Assembly: GCA_013265495.1 (NCBI GenBank)
Contig: MU061579.1
Span: 897,159 to 961,158 of the forward strand
Direction: 5' to 3'
Source: Vicugna vicugna
Lineage: Eukaryota
Length of the DNA stretch: 64,000 bases
In this document: positions 27,335 to 39,754 of the stretch, one piece after another
How the letters are laid out: the number at the start of each line of letters is the position of its first letter
Position numbering within the stretch: position 1 is the stretch's first letter
The notes under the pieces: generated by a model
Seen by the model: the letters and a program-made list of their open reading frames with translations, nothing else
The model's database searches: none
What the model was told of the DNA's origin: nothing
Made by a program: the position numbers and the translations under genes

Positions 27335-28340
27335 GGGGGGAAGATATCAGAAGGACTGCAGGCTAGGAAGCTATAGGCCCTTCTTCCCCTAAAGAGACAC
27401 CAAGTTAACAACACTATACAGACCAGAAACCTCTGTGGGAACTCCAGAGACCCACTGGGAAGCTACAGCACTCAGACCATTTTAAAACCAAGAAGGAAGT
27501 CCAGCAAAAGTTTAGGAATATTATCTGAATCTGCATACTCATTCATGCCCTTCTCCTCATGCAGCAGAGGAACCAGAAGGAACCCTTCATACTGGGGCTC
27601 CTCCTTCAGGATGGGAGCTAAAGAGTGGGTCCAGTGTCCAATGTTCTAGCTCATCCGTGGGCGGCCCTAGAGATGGTTGCTGTCTCATCTGGCTCAGAGC
27701 ACAGACAGGACTGGTGGGAGTTTGGAAGTTGCTGAACACAGAATAGCAATTCTACAGCATTAGAACTGTAGTTTTGCAGGCAGACAGTGCAGGGAGGAAA
27801 GTACCAGAAAAGTTTTGCGAGATCCTAGGTCTTCCCTGCAGAAGGAAACTGCAGACTCAGAGACTAAGAGAGGTGGCTGTTTTTTCAAATGCCCTCATCC
27901 CAGCAAAAAATTAAAAAATACTGTATACAGAATAGATAAACATCAAGGTCCTACTGCGTAGCACAGGGAACTATATTCAATAACCTGTAATTACATAATG
28001 AAAAAGAATATAAATATATATATGTATGTATAACTGAATCACTGTGCTATACACCTGAAACCAATACAACATGGTAAATCAACTATACTTCAATTTAAAA
28101 ACAAAGTATTCAAAGAAACAGAGAAACATAACCCAATCAAAGAAACAAAATAAAACTTCACAAAGAGGCTCTGAAGAAAGAATCTGCTAGCTGCATGCAA
28201 AATAATTTAAAATAACTGTCATAAAAATGCTCAGTGAGCTTAAAGAGAAAACAATTAAATGGAATCAGTGAAACAATTCATGAATAAAAGGAGAATGTCA
28301 ACAAAGAAATAGGAACTATAAAAAAGACCAAACAGAAATC
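27335..28340 (+). mobile_element. L1 5' UTR and start of ORF1 (old eutherian L1M), interrupted by a younger L1 3' end
   Basis: GC-richer 5'UTR-like start 'ggggggaagat...gagacaccaagttaacaac...ctctgtgggaactccagagacc'; ORF1-like 'tttaaaataactgtcataaaaatgctcagtgagct...caacaaagaaataggaactataaaaaagaccaaacagaaat'. Confidence 0.75.
27919..28100 (+). mobile_element. 5'-truncated cetartiodactyl-type L1 3' end nested in the older L1
   Basis: 'atagataaacatcaaggtcctactgcgtagcacagggaactatattcaata...ataactgaatcactgtgctatacacctgaaac...taaatcaactatacttcaat'. Confidence 0.85.
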
Positions 28341-28840
28341 AGCCATAAAAAGAAGAAAATGCTGCCATTTGAAAAAACGTGGTTGAACCATAAGGGCATT
28401 ATGCTCAGTGAAATACGTCAGAGAGAGAAAAACAAATATTGTATGATATCACTTACTTGTGGATTCTAGATGGCCAAACTCATAGACATGGGAGTAGATT
28501 AGTTGTTGCCAAGGGTCAGAGGATGGGGGAAATGGGGAGATATTGGTCAAAGGGTGCAGACTTTCAGCTAAAAGATGAATAAATTCAGGGAATCTAAGGT
28601 ATAGGATGGTGACTATAGTTAAGGATACTGTACTGTATACTAGAAATTTGTTGAGAGAGTAGATCTTAAATGTTCTCATCACACACACACACACACACAC
28701 ACTACTATGTGAGGAGATGGATATAGTAACTAATATTATGATAGTAATCATTTCACAATATATATGTGTATGCATGCATTTGATATGTGTATCATATCCT
28801 CACATTGTATACCTTAAACTTCCACAATGTTTTTTGGCAA
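28341..28840 (+). mobile_element. L1 ORF2 terminus and 3' UTR (L1MA9-like), containing (AC)11
   Basis: 'agccataaaaagaagaaaatgctgccatttg...gggcattatgctcagtgaaata...gagagtagatcttaaatgttctcatc...aatcatttcacaat...ttgtataccttaaac'. Confidence 0.85.
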
Positions 28841-28995
28841 TTGTTTAATAGGTATAGAATTTTGAATTTGTAAGAGGAAAACGTTCTGGAGATCTGTTTC
28901 ACAGAAGTATGAATATGTAGAATACTGCTAAACTGTACACTAAAAATAGTGACGATGATCAATTTTATGATGTGTTTTTACCACACTTAATTTTT
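28841..28995 (+). mobile_element. A second, different L1 3' end (L1MA10/L1MB-like)
   Basis: 'tgtttaataggtatagaatt...gttctggagatctgtttcaca...actgtacactaaaaatagt...aattttatgatgtgtttttaccac'. Confidence 0.7.
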
Positions 28996-29074
28996 TAAGA
29001 TTAAATTTGGAAAACAAGTTTGTTTTTTAAATCCAACAGTTTGCTCATGTATTATGGATTCATTGGAAAATATG

Positions 29075-29280
29075 TAGTTTATCATAAAACTACCTGGATT
29101 CAAATACTGGTTTGCCTCCTTACTGAGTCGCGTGATCAGGACAAATTTCTGAATTTATAAAATCTTTTTTTCTTTATCTGCAAATTTGTCATAAGACCCT
29201 CCTCACTGGTTTGTTGAATTTCTGTGTGACCTCCCTTTGCTTCTATGTGGCAAATAGGCAGATAAGAAGCATTCAATGCT
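29075..29280 (+). mobile_element. MIR SINE
   Basis: 'acctggattcaaatactggtttgcctccttact...gtgatcaggacaaattt...ttctttatctgcaaat'. Confidence 0.55.
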
Positions 29281-32200
29281 GAACACATGTTACTGGACTT
29301 TAGGAGATTAGTTATCTGATTGCTCTAGCCTTACAGTCTCATTACTAGAAGTGGGAGAAATTAGAACTTTCATTTCAAATGGCTCCTTATTGAAAAAATT
29401 ATCAAGAAGAAATTTTAAACAGTTCATTACTGGAAAATGAGAACAGCATAAATCAGTACAAACATTGTAATAGTAAATATTACAGCAGAAAGAAAGAATT
29501 TTGAAGCACTAATTTTGAACTTGACAGGGCATAGAACTTCCATTACAAGTCTCAAAATATTTAGCATTTTTATCAGTGTTGCATAACAATATATACATCC
29601 GAGAAGAAATAATTAATTTCCTCCACCTCCCATCAAGGAGACTAAATTCTCTGATTACTCAACTTCATTTGTTAGAAAAATAAAGCAGTGGAAATATTTT
29701 TCTCTCACTGAGTCATAGATTTGGGCAGTTAAGACAGTTATTCTCCAAAAGAAGGATGTAACTTACCTTGGTTAAAGGAGTATTTTATTCTTTTTTTTTT
29801 TTAAGGAGTGTTGTATTTCTTAAAACAATTGAAAGAATCTGTCTTGTATATTTAAAACAAAATAATTTATTTATATATATAATACTTGCTTTTGGAAAAC
29901 TGAGAAAATATAAAAACTAAAAATATTATTGAATGAGAAATCAATTATGTAACTGAAACTCTTCCTTTTTTTCAGGATTTGCTAAATCATTTGATTAAAA
30001 TGAAAAAGCTCAGTGTCTAATACTTTCATTTAAATATCAAAATAATTTGTAATAGCGTAAAATAACTTTTGAGAGAGACATTTTAAACAGTAAATTCAAA
30101 ACTGTTTTTCAGATAAAATAACTACTATATTTTAATTATTGTGTTATCCCTTTACATGTCATTTGAATAACAAAAACTGGAAAATATATCAAAAGTTTTA
30201 ATGCTTAGAAACCGTAAGAATGGATGTTCAACTAACAGATATTAAAATTAAGGATACATTTAAAAAGTTTTCATATGTTAAATTTCTTCAAAACTGAAAG
30301 TAATACTTACAATCAAGAGAAAATATGAAATCTAAAAGAAAATCTTGGAGAGAAATCAATCATATAACTAAAACCTCTAGTTTTGTTTCAAGATTAGCTA
30401 AATCATTTGACTGTAGTTTTTTTAACAAAAGTAACATTGCCTAGAAACAGAAATGACAGAAAATATCTTTACCTGTTTCCAGGGGTTGGAAATTTAACCA
30501 AAGGACAATTACCCATGCAGAACAATGAAAAACGGATTTATTATCTATTTACTCTCTGTTATTGAAACCAAGAATGGTCTTCTCTCAGAACTGAGAGCCC
30601 TTCCAATAGAGAGGATGCCAAGTAATACTAGAAACAAAAGCAAACTAAGAGGTACCAATTACTTATGAGAAAATTCAAAAGAAGGTAAATCAAAATTGAT
30701 TTTTTTCAGATTTAAATTCATTATGTATTAATACAATTTATAGGAAACTACAGTATTCAATGATTTATTCAAAACTAGGACCTAGATATTCACCATTAAA
30801 CATAGAAAATTGAGAAGCAAACTTTAGTCAATGTTTTCCACTTTTTGTACATTGTTCTGAAGTTGTTTCATTAAAAAAATATTTTGAAAAAGACAATAGC
30901 ATTGAAGATCCACATAAATTATGGGTAACGAACTGTTTTAAATAATCTGTTTATTCTCAATAACGTTGTTATTGAGTGAACAAACACAAAAATAGAGTTT
31001 CTTCTTAGTACAAGAGATGTTTGTTAAACTAAAAATAAAAACATAAAAAAATCCTATTTCAATGTTTCAAATTCACTTTATAACTGGAGATCTTGGAATG
31101 AAAATTAAAAAAAAACACTTTGTTTTGATAATACCATAAGTGGTATAGTAAATGTACTTTAAAATGCTATGGGAATAATTAAAAGAAAGTGATTACTTAT
31201 ATTTGCAGATTCAAGAAAATTTCATTGAAGGACTGGTATTTGTTTTTTGACATTGGGAAAAGTAGAGGTTACTAGATAATGAAAGCTGTTTCACCCAAGG
31301 AAGAAAGTAAACTAACTTCAGAGAGACATGGAAACATTCAGCATGTTCCTGAAAATGTAGTTAGTTATTTGCTAGAATATAGAGCATTGGAGACTAAGAC
31401 TGGGAGCTAAACAAAAATCCAGGAGTGGCAGCAGCAGCAGCAGTAAGAAAAAGTAAACAATTTTAAAGGGGCACCAAATTTGTGTCAGATGTGCTGTCTC
31501 TAAGAATCCTATACAGAGAATTTTGCAGCCTGTGTTATAAATAATAAACCTAAGACCCAAGGACATTATGTCATTTTTTCAAGGTCAGTTTTCATTAAAT
31601 AATCAACACTAAATTTAAACCTAAGTCTGTTTGATTTCAATATTCAACCTCTTTCCACTAACCCATTCAACCAGATTAAGGACACTTGTATATCGAGCTT
31701 ATATGCTCAGATTTTTCATGTAGGATTTGTGGAGTTATTAAATTGTTTGTAAATTATTAAAAGTATGATCTTGTGAAAAGGACAAAAAATAATGATCCTG
31801 GAAGGGAATAATGATATTCTAATAGTGTAATAGTATATCCACACAAATACCCTGTAAAACACACCTGCAAAAAAATAATAAAATAAAACACTTGTGTGAC
31901 TTACAGGTATTTCCTTTGTTGGGTTATGATAGTTCCCAAGAAATTTACCCACTTATATTTATGTTCAATAATTTGTCCCTTTTTGTGAGAGTAGGAAGTT
32001 CGTTGATCTTTGGAAGCTCAAGTTAACAAAATATAAAATGCATGAAAATATAAATCCGTCACTCCCTGTTTCCTTTTCAGCTTTGCTGGTTTAACATTGT
32101 TTTCCGTTCATGTGGGTGTGTAAGTGCATGTCCACACACATGCACACCATCAGCACCTCACAGGCTGTTTTAACATTGAGAATTGAGATGGGACTTGAGA

Positions 32201-33317
32201 GAAAGCCAAGGCAATTTATTTAACCATTGTGTTAGTATACATGATAATTTAGAGAGTGTACAATGTCTGGGTTGCAATACTTAAGGAAAATGTCCTAAAC
32301 CATCAGAGTAAATCTTTCTCCATCAGTTGTATTCAATCCTGTCAGGAAACAGTTTCAAGTGTGTAGTGTGTTTGAAGCCTGCTGTGAGAGGTAAAGTTCC
32401 TTGGCAGAATTCTCTCTTCTCATTGCAGTGTCTGATCAGTTTGGGTGAATCCTTATCATTGTTAAAAATCGTGAACAGGAAATAGAATGAATAATATCCT
32501 ATTTTAAGACTGCAGGAGTCAGAAAGTATGGTTGACATCAGAGAAACATTATTCCTTTTACAAGAGCAAACACTGCAGTGTGTTGTACAAAGGCTCAACT
32601 TTCCTGATTTAGATTGATAATAGACTGACCCAGACATTTATGTTTAAAAACGAGGAAGCCACTGGCAATTTTAATTTACTTTTGGACACTGACCCTATTA
32701 AATGATAAGGACAAATAGCTCCAAAAAGATCATAAAGATGGATTGGGAGCAAACGTGTGTCAGAGATTCTTTTACCTTTCCAGGAATTTATCTGAAATAA
32801 TTGGTAAGCAAACAAAAGAACTCCTATTCCGCTAAATGGACCTTATGTGTTTGCCATGTGCAGTGTTTATGCCTATGGAAAACTACAGCAGCACTAGAAA
32901 TTTGAATCCAAAAAAATCTACTTGGGAAAGGAGCTGTATTCAGGATAATCAGAAACTTCTGAAATAAGTCCTGTTCATGTTCAGGCACTGCTGCACCTGT
33001 TCAGACACTGTTCCAACTGGCTTGTGGTTTAACCATTCCCTCAGCACTCTTGATTAACAACATGTCTTCATCAGATAGGTTGGGAGGCTCTTACACCTGT
33101 ATTTGAATCTAGATTTTCTTCTTTCAGAGGATGATCTTAAATTTTGTACAGAAAATTTGGTACTCAGTTATTTCTCTGTATCTCTGCCTCAGAGACAGTT
33201 TTATTGTAGCAAATATGTGATCTCACCACCCCATAACAACAGGAAGACATCAATTATCTTCATCAGACATTTAACTTCATTTATTTGTCTAAAACTAAGA
33301 GAGAGTAATCAATGATA

Positions 33318-33550
33318 GGAGTATTGTGAGCATAAGCTTTATTGTCAGATCGCCTGAAGTTCAAATTCCAATTCGGATACCTACTGACTGTTAAGCCTTA
33401 GTTAACCTACTTTAGCTCTTTGAACCTCATTTTACTTGTCTGTGAAATGGGTATAATCATTCATTGTTCCCATGGCTTTAAGCATTAAGAGAGATTATGT
33501 ATTAAACATTCTAACAGCATTCCTGAGGCATAGGAAGCTTTTAATAAATT
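33318..33550 (+). mobile_element. MIR SINE, near full length
   Basis: 'gtcagatcgcctgaagttcaaattcca...ctctttgaacctcattttacttgtctgtgaaatgggtataat...gcataggaagcttttaataaat'. Confidence 0.7.
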
Positions 33551-33914
33551 AAGGTACAATTTTTTTTAAATTTTAAAACCAAGGAGATTCAACATAAACA
33601 TACTCTTAATTTTATAGCCCAATATTGAATTTATTCCTAAGGTGTCTCTGTCTCTTGCCACGTTGGGACTTCTTTAGCAGCAAAAATCTTTTCCTCTTTC
33701 TCCCTCACTCCCTCCGTATGTCTTGGAAAATAGTAAGTTTTCTAAATGTTTTTCACAAATGAAATTTTATAAATATGTTAGTCAATATTTAGTGTTTGAG
33801 GAAATTACATAATCACATAATATAAAGAGGGATATTAAGATTCATATGTTCATGAATGTAACTCTAAGAGCATGAAGAGTAGTTTATAGAACCACATAAT
33901 AATGGAGAAATAAT

Positions 33915-33961
33915 GTAGCAACCTAAATGTCCATCAACAGCCAACTGGATAAAGAAGATGT

Positions 33962-34022
<61 letters not shown>

Positions 34023-34480
34023 GAATACTATTCAGCCCTAAAGAAGAATGAAATAATGTCATTTGCAGCAACATGGATAAACCTAGAGATTATCATGCTA
34101 AGTGAAGTAAGTCAGAGAAAGACAAATATTACATAATATCACTTAGATGTGGAATCTAAACAGTGACACAAATGAACTTATTTACGAAACAGAAACAGAC
34201 TCATAGACATAGAAAACAAACTTATAGTTACCAAAGGTGAAACAGGGGATAAGGAGGGATAAGTTAGGAGTTTGGGATTAATGGATATAAACTACTATAT
34301 ATAAAATAGATAAACAACAATGTCCTACAGTGTAGTATAGGGAACTATATTCAGTATCTTATAATAACCTATAATGAAAAAGAACGTATGTGTGTGTGTG
34401 TATGTATGTATGACTGAATCACTATGCTTTACACCAGCAACTAACATAACATTGTAAATAATTATATGTCAATCAAAAAT
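33915..34480 (+). mobile_element. 5'-truncated cetartiodactyl-type L1 (ORF2 C-terminus and 3' UTR)
   Basis: ORF 33927..34136 reads [32 protein letters not shown], matching the L1 ORF2p C-terminus; typical 3' UTR 'gaaacagactcatagacatagaaaacaaactta'. Confidence 0.9.
33964..34019. repeat. Perfect (TA)28 microsatellite
   Basis: Directly visible, inside the L1. Confidence 0.95.
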
Positions 34481-37285
34481 GCAGAAATGAATTATTTTTC
34501 ATTATTATTGCAAACCAAGTAAATGGTATTTTTCTGTTCTAGATGTAAAACTTTCTGACTTTAACTTTTATCTACATAAACAGGACCACTCTATAGGCAA
34601 TTAGCTAATAGAACTTTTCTATTTCTGTTTAATGATTAGCAGTAGATGTGAAATCCACCATATCATCTTATTGTTACCCATTCAACCACCTATAGATTTT
34701 CCATTACTATATATCTTTTTAAAATAATCAGATATAGATACGTAGAGAATTTGAAAGGAAGGTATGATCTTATAAACTACATTTGTAGATTAATTTTATA
34801 AATTGAAAGACTATACTGTATTTCACATCAATTCTTCACACTCCCTAATTAGACCTGGTACCAGCACATGACAAGGTAGATTACGTTAGCACATTTGGAT
34901 TCATAATCTCTATGGAAGTCTACACAATATATGCTGTTAGCCCAGAAACAATGACAGACATAGAGAATCCCGTTTCAAACACAATTGCCCTTAAGTAACT
35001 CAATGTTTCTAACTACAGCTATCCTTCTAGATTTACTTCCTTAATATAGCTATGACTTTTTGAGGTCATAAGCTAGAATAGAAATTCACTTACAAGAAAA
35101 ATCCTACAGCAAGGGGAATCACTCATTTTTAAGACTTGTGTGTTTTTAGTTCTTCAGGGTCTATACCGTTTGAGAATGAGAGAAAAGAGCTTAGAGCTAA
35201 CCAAGAACATCATGCAATTATTTGAGGGGATACCTAGCAGACATATATTGGATTCTTTAACAAAATCATTTTGTATCTCATATCATTTCTCCTTCTCTAA
35301 AAAATTGACAGAACACTGCATCTTCCAGACTATAACAGTGGATTAAAATATACACAGATGCAATGTCTGGCTTTTCAGATAATTCTGTATATTGTTTTTC
35401 AAACATCATTTCAGCCGGAAAACAAGTTTCATAATACTAAGAATACACAATAGCTTAGGAAATTTTTGATAAATAATTTTATTCTACATGTACGTTTGTG
35501 CCACAAAAACATAAACCGCTTATTTCTATCAATATGAGTTTATCCCTTTCAACCTACTTTTCACGGTGGGTTTTGTTCATTTTTCAGTTCATTCAGTTTT
35601 GAATTTTGCCATAATGATACCATTCCTGTGGTTGAAGGCAACTCATTTGTTTCATCTGTTTTTATCTGAAGTTAGCTACATCATGATTTTCCTTTCACAA
35701 TAATGTTTCTTTCTAACATGAACTCATCAGAATTCTTATTTTTTAGGGATAGCATTTTTAAGATCTTTAAAATTAATGCAGGTGCTGTTTTCAATGCAAA
35801 AATTGTTTTGTAATCATTTGAGTTAAGAATATGACTCACACTTACTGTGTCCTTTACTAGATACTGAGTTTCTTGAAAGCGGTGATGAAGGCATGTTGCC
35901 CAGGACACTATGAAATGCTGGCTGACTTAATCAGCCAATGGGAGATTTGAGTCCCGAAGAGTGATTGGATTTTCACGAGATTCCACGGTAAGAGGGAGAG
36001 ACAGGGGATAAGACATTTGTATGATTCTCAGCGCAGTACTCTTTCTGCTGTGGTCTGCCACTTCTTGAATAAGATTTTGGTACAACATGGAGTTTTGAGA
36101 GGAGAAATGATTATATTATTTCTGTGGGAAATAACGTTATCTATGCCTTGATAGGTTATCAAGGAGGAACTCTGTCTGACCTGAAATGAAGCTTTATTCA
36201 ATCATCACTATATAAAAGCAAAGCTTAGCAGGCAAGAGCTTTTGAAAGAAGAGGTAGCGTGGGCACATGAGATGACATATATTAAGAAGGCTCTCTTCTT
36301 AATCACGTATATTTTGCCATTAATCAAAAACCTAACCCCTTCAGCAATTTACTGTGTTTGGATTTTTATCTCTTATCTTTTATCTCTTTTTATCTTGACT
36401 TTCTATCTCAGATTAATGCAGAGAAACTGGATGACAAGGAGAGATTTAAAACTGTAAATGTTAACCTAATTATTTACTGTTAATTTTCTATTCAATCTGC
36501 CTTGTATTTATTGCGATGACGTGACCTTCCCTGGTAGCAGGAATGGACAGGACGAACAACAAAGCAGCAAACTTCCACTATCGCTAATATCTCAAGCTAA
36601 TTTTCCAAAGCCACCAAACTGAGAGAATGAGACATTCCTAGGGACTCCTCTCGTTTAGCAGTGTTACCATGTTGAACAGCTGAGACGAAGTGAAGGCTCT
36701 GATACCTGGCTTAAACTGGCTGTACAGGGATAGCTGCAGCAGAGGACCCAGCCGGTCTGCCGAAGAGGCTCATAAACCCACAGGTTAAGTTCAATGTCTT
36801 TTACACACAACTTGTTATCTTTTGATGACATTATACTTTCCCCACCCCAGTAACCTCTTCAAATAAACCCACAAAGCTTCCCCCAGGGAGAGTTTGTCAT
36901 ACCACGCATTTTTCTGTCTTTAATGAATGCTTAATTCATTTGCCTGAAGCTTTTCTCACTTTAATAGCATTAACACGTGTAAAATCAGGACAAACAATGT
37001 GTGATCAGGACAAACAGAATTGAGGCTGGAGCAACGTATTCTCAACTGGACTGTATACTTCATCTTATAAGATGTCATACGTATTATTTGATCAGCTCAC
37101 TCCTATGGTCTTGATAGACTAAAAATCCTACAGTTTTCTCTTCATTTGCTTTTCTATTTGTCAGAACATCTTGTGCATGATGCATGTTTTCTTTAAACCA
37201 CTAATACAGCAAAACTTAGTTCTACAAATTAAACCTAAGATACTAGAATCTTATAAATTGTATCCAATTAAAAGATTGTCTAGAG

Positions 37286-37499
37286 CAGAGATTGGCAAAT
37301 TATGGCAAGGAGTCAAATCCAGTGTATTGCCTATTTTTATAAGTAGAATTTCATTGAAACATCACCAAATCTGTTCATTTCTCTGGCTACTTTTGAACTA
37401 CAATGACATTGTTGAGTAGTTGTGACAGGGACATTATGCTCTATGAAGTCTAAAATATTTTCTTTCTTCTCCTTTGCAGTAAAGGTTTGCTAACTCCTG
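37286..37499. mobile_element. MER58A-like hAT-Charlie MITE with 8-bp TSD
   Basis: TIRs 'cagagattggcaaatt'...'ggtttgctaactcctg'; TSD gtctagag (37278-37285) / gtctaaag (37500-37507), fitting the Charlie NTCTAGAN preference. Confidence 0.85.
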
Positions 37500-38121
37500 G
37501 TCTAAAGTGGTCCATTGAGATTTTGTTATTTGTGTAATCCACTTACATAATTATATCATAGACATTTATACTAATGCCCTATAAAGTAACTTGTCCTGAT
37601 TTGAAAATGTCGCAGCATATTGTAAGGGTGGTATTATGATTTAGTGTTCTTAGGAAGTGTTACCAGTTGAGAAGCAGCAATAATGTGTAAGATTGACTGT
37701 ACATAACTGAAAGTAAGCAGAAACAATAGTTGTGTTTCTTCTTTCAACAAGTCCAGAAATTGGGGAACACTAGTACCTTTTCCATGTTTCTACACTGTAA
37801 GCCAAGTTTACTGGACTGCCTACACCGCTAAGAGAAACTTCTTTTTACTTTTAAGAGTGTTAGAAGCAGAAATATGATTCTTAGATAGCAAGGGACCATG
37901 AAAATAGTCAAAGAGAGGAATACATTTATTGGGTCACCTTAAAGAGTTTGCACTTTGAGGTATGCCTTCCTTCTGACAATGTGAAGAACAGTGTAAGTAA
38001 CTCTTCTGGAAGATATTTGTAATCCCAGTGCGCAGAAAATGTCAAGAAACATACAGAGATACGTGGAAACAACTGGAAAGCTAACAAGTAAATTCATGTT
38101 TGACTTTTTCATCTGCTCTCA

Positions 38122-38240
38122 CAGTTCATTCATGATCAAAACATTTATTAAGCTACTGGGGACCAAATATTATGCTAATCATTGAGGATAAAGAGATACT
38201 TAATAAGGTTTTTGTTCTGAAGTAGCTCAACTTCTCCGGG
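38122..38240 (-). mobile_element. L2 3' end
   Basis: 'ttcattcatgatcaaaacatttattaagc...tgaggataaagagat...tctgaagtagctca'. Confidence 0.5.
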
Positions 38241-38569
38241 TTAGCAAGATGTGTGGTAAGGGGATGGATGGGCAGATAAGAACAAGACGAAGATAAAAGC
38301 AAGTGGGAAAGAGTTCTCATTCCAAGGTATAGTAAAGATTTGTGAGGAAATTTAAACTTAAGAGCTCTTCACAAAAATGTTATTTTTGGGGCAAGTTGAA
38401 AAAGAGATCAGATCTTTTGTATATACACATATACATATATGTCCATTCATGTTTGTGATATGAATATATATGCACATGTATAAACAGGTAGAATTACTTG
38501 ACAACTAATTTTAACCTTAATCTTAATTATAATCAGTACGTTTTTAAGTTTAAACATAATAAACTGCTT

Positions 38570-38892
38570 CTTACTGTCACTCAGGAACTTGGTGGGACGA
38601 CATCTCTGCCATCTCGAAAGTGTGAAACCTAAGGAGATCCGCAGCATTAACATTTGGTCAACGGCAGGTAAGAGTGAGATAGTAGAGGCTCATGCAGGGG
38701 TTTAACAGGGTTTTGTAAGTAATGCCTTGAACTAAACATTAATTATCCTACAATATATTGGCCAAAATTCACAAAGACTGTCCCATTTGGTGCAGGGAGG
38801 TTTACAAATGCAGCCTCTGGCTAAACAGGCATTTCCCAGCAATTCCTTTACACTACAGAACAAATCCATTTGGCAGAGCTGTCTCTGTATCA
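38570..38892 (-). mobile_element. Old MaLR LTR remnant (MLT1J/K/L-like)
   Basis: 'gtcactcaggaac...ctctgccatct...tattggccaaaattcac...tgcagggagg...aaatgcagcctc...cccagcaattcc'. Confidence 0.4.
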
Positions 38893-39754
38893 TAAGTGTT
38901 TTACAAGTTACTGGTTCTTAAGTAGCTAAAGGATAATCTCAAGGACCTTCAGGGACAACCTTGATTTCCCATGGCTCTGGAAGTGCTTTTAAATCATCTA
39001 TAGTTATCTATCTGATATCATAATTGTTTAAAAATATGCCTCATATTCCATAATAGAATGTATATTCTTGAACATAGAAATTCTATGTTCATTTTTCAAA
39101 ATACTATTCGGAGTTACACCCTCCTCGCGATTGTCCAAAGTGATAGTTAATATACACTATTTTAATTTCACCTGGCTATTCAATGGGTAAACCTGATGGA
39201 TATTTATTTACTTCGGTTAAGTTTATTGGGGTCATTCTATGACATAATTCCTCCACATTCGTATATTTAGAGAAGCTGAAGATTGTTACATCTTACTGAC
39301 ATCAGCCAACTTTTGTGGGCCTAACAACAGCAGTTCTGGGAAGCCGCTTTTGAAGGCCATGGCCATGACGCTACATTATGGTAAAGTGATCAGGAATATC
39401 TTGTAAAATATGGAGACTGCATCGTTAAGATTTCACTGCCATGAGATCATAGTTTACTTTCAGCTTTTGATATTCAGAAGCAGTTTTTTTCTGCCCACTT
39501 ACTGACTTTTAACAAGACTTTTTACCAGTGCATTGATTTGGTATTTCAGAAAGTATTTTCAAGCAAAGTAGCCAAGGACTTGAATCTATTCCAGAGAAGT
39601 ATATTATTGGCACCAGGATCCCAAAAGGACACATACTGCTAGTAGCATGAGTATTAATCTAATTTAACGGAATGTGTTCTGAGAGGAAGTATATAAAATG
39701 GTATAAAACTGTTAAATTAGGCAAGGAGTAATTATGAGCCACATATTGTTTATT

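Noticed and set aside
33927..34136. ORF with a YI repeat as a protein
   Set aside because: It is the translation of the (TA)28 tract fused to a decayed L1 ORF2 end.
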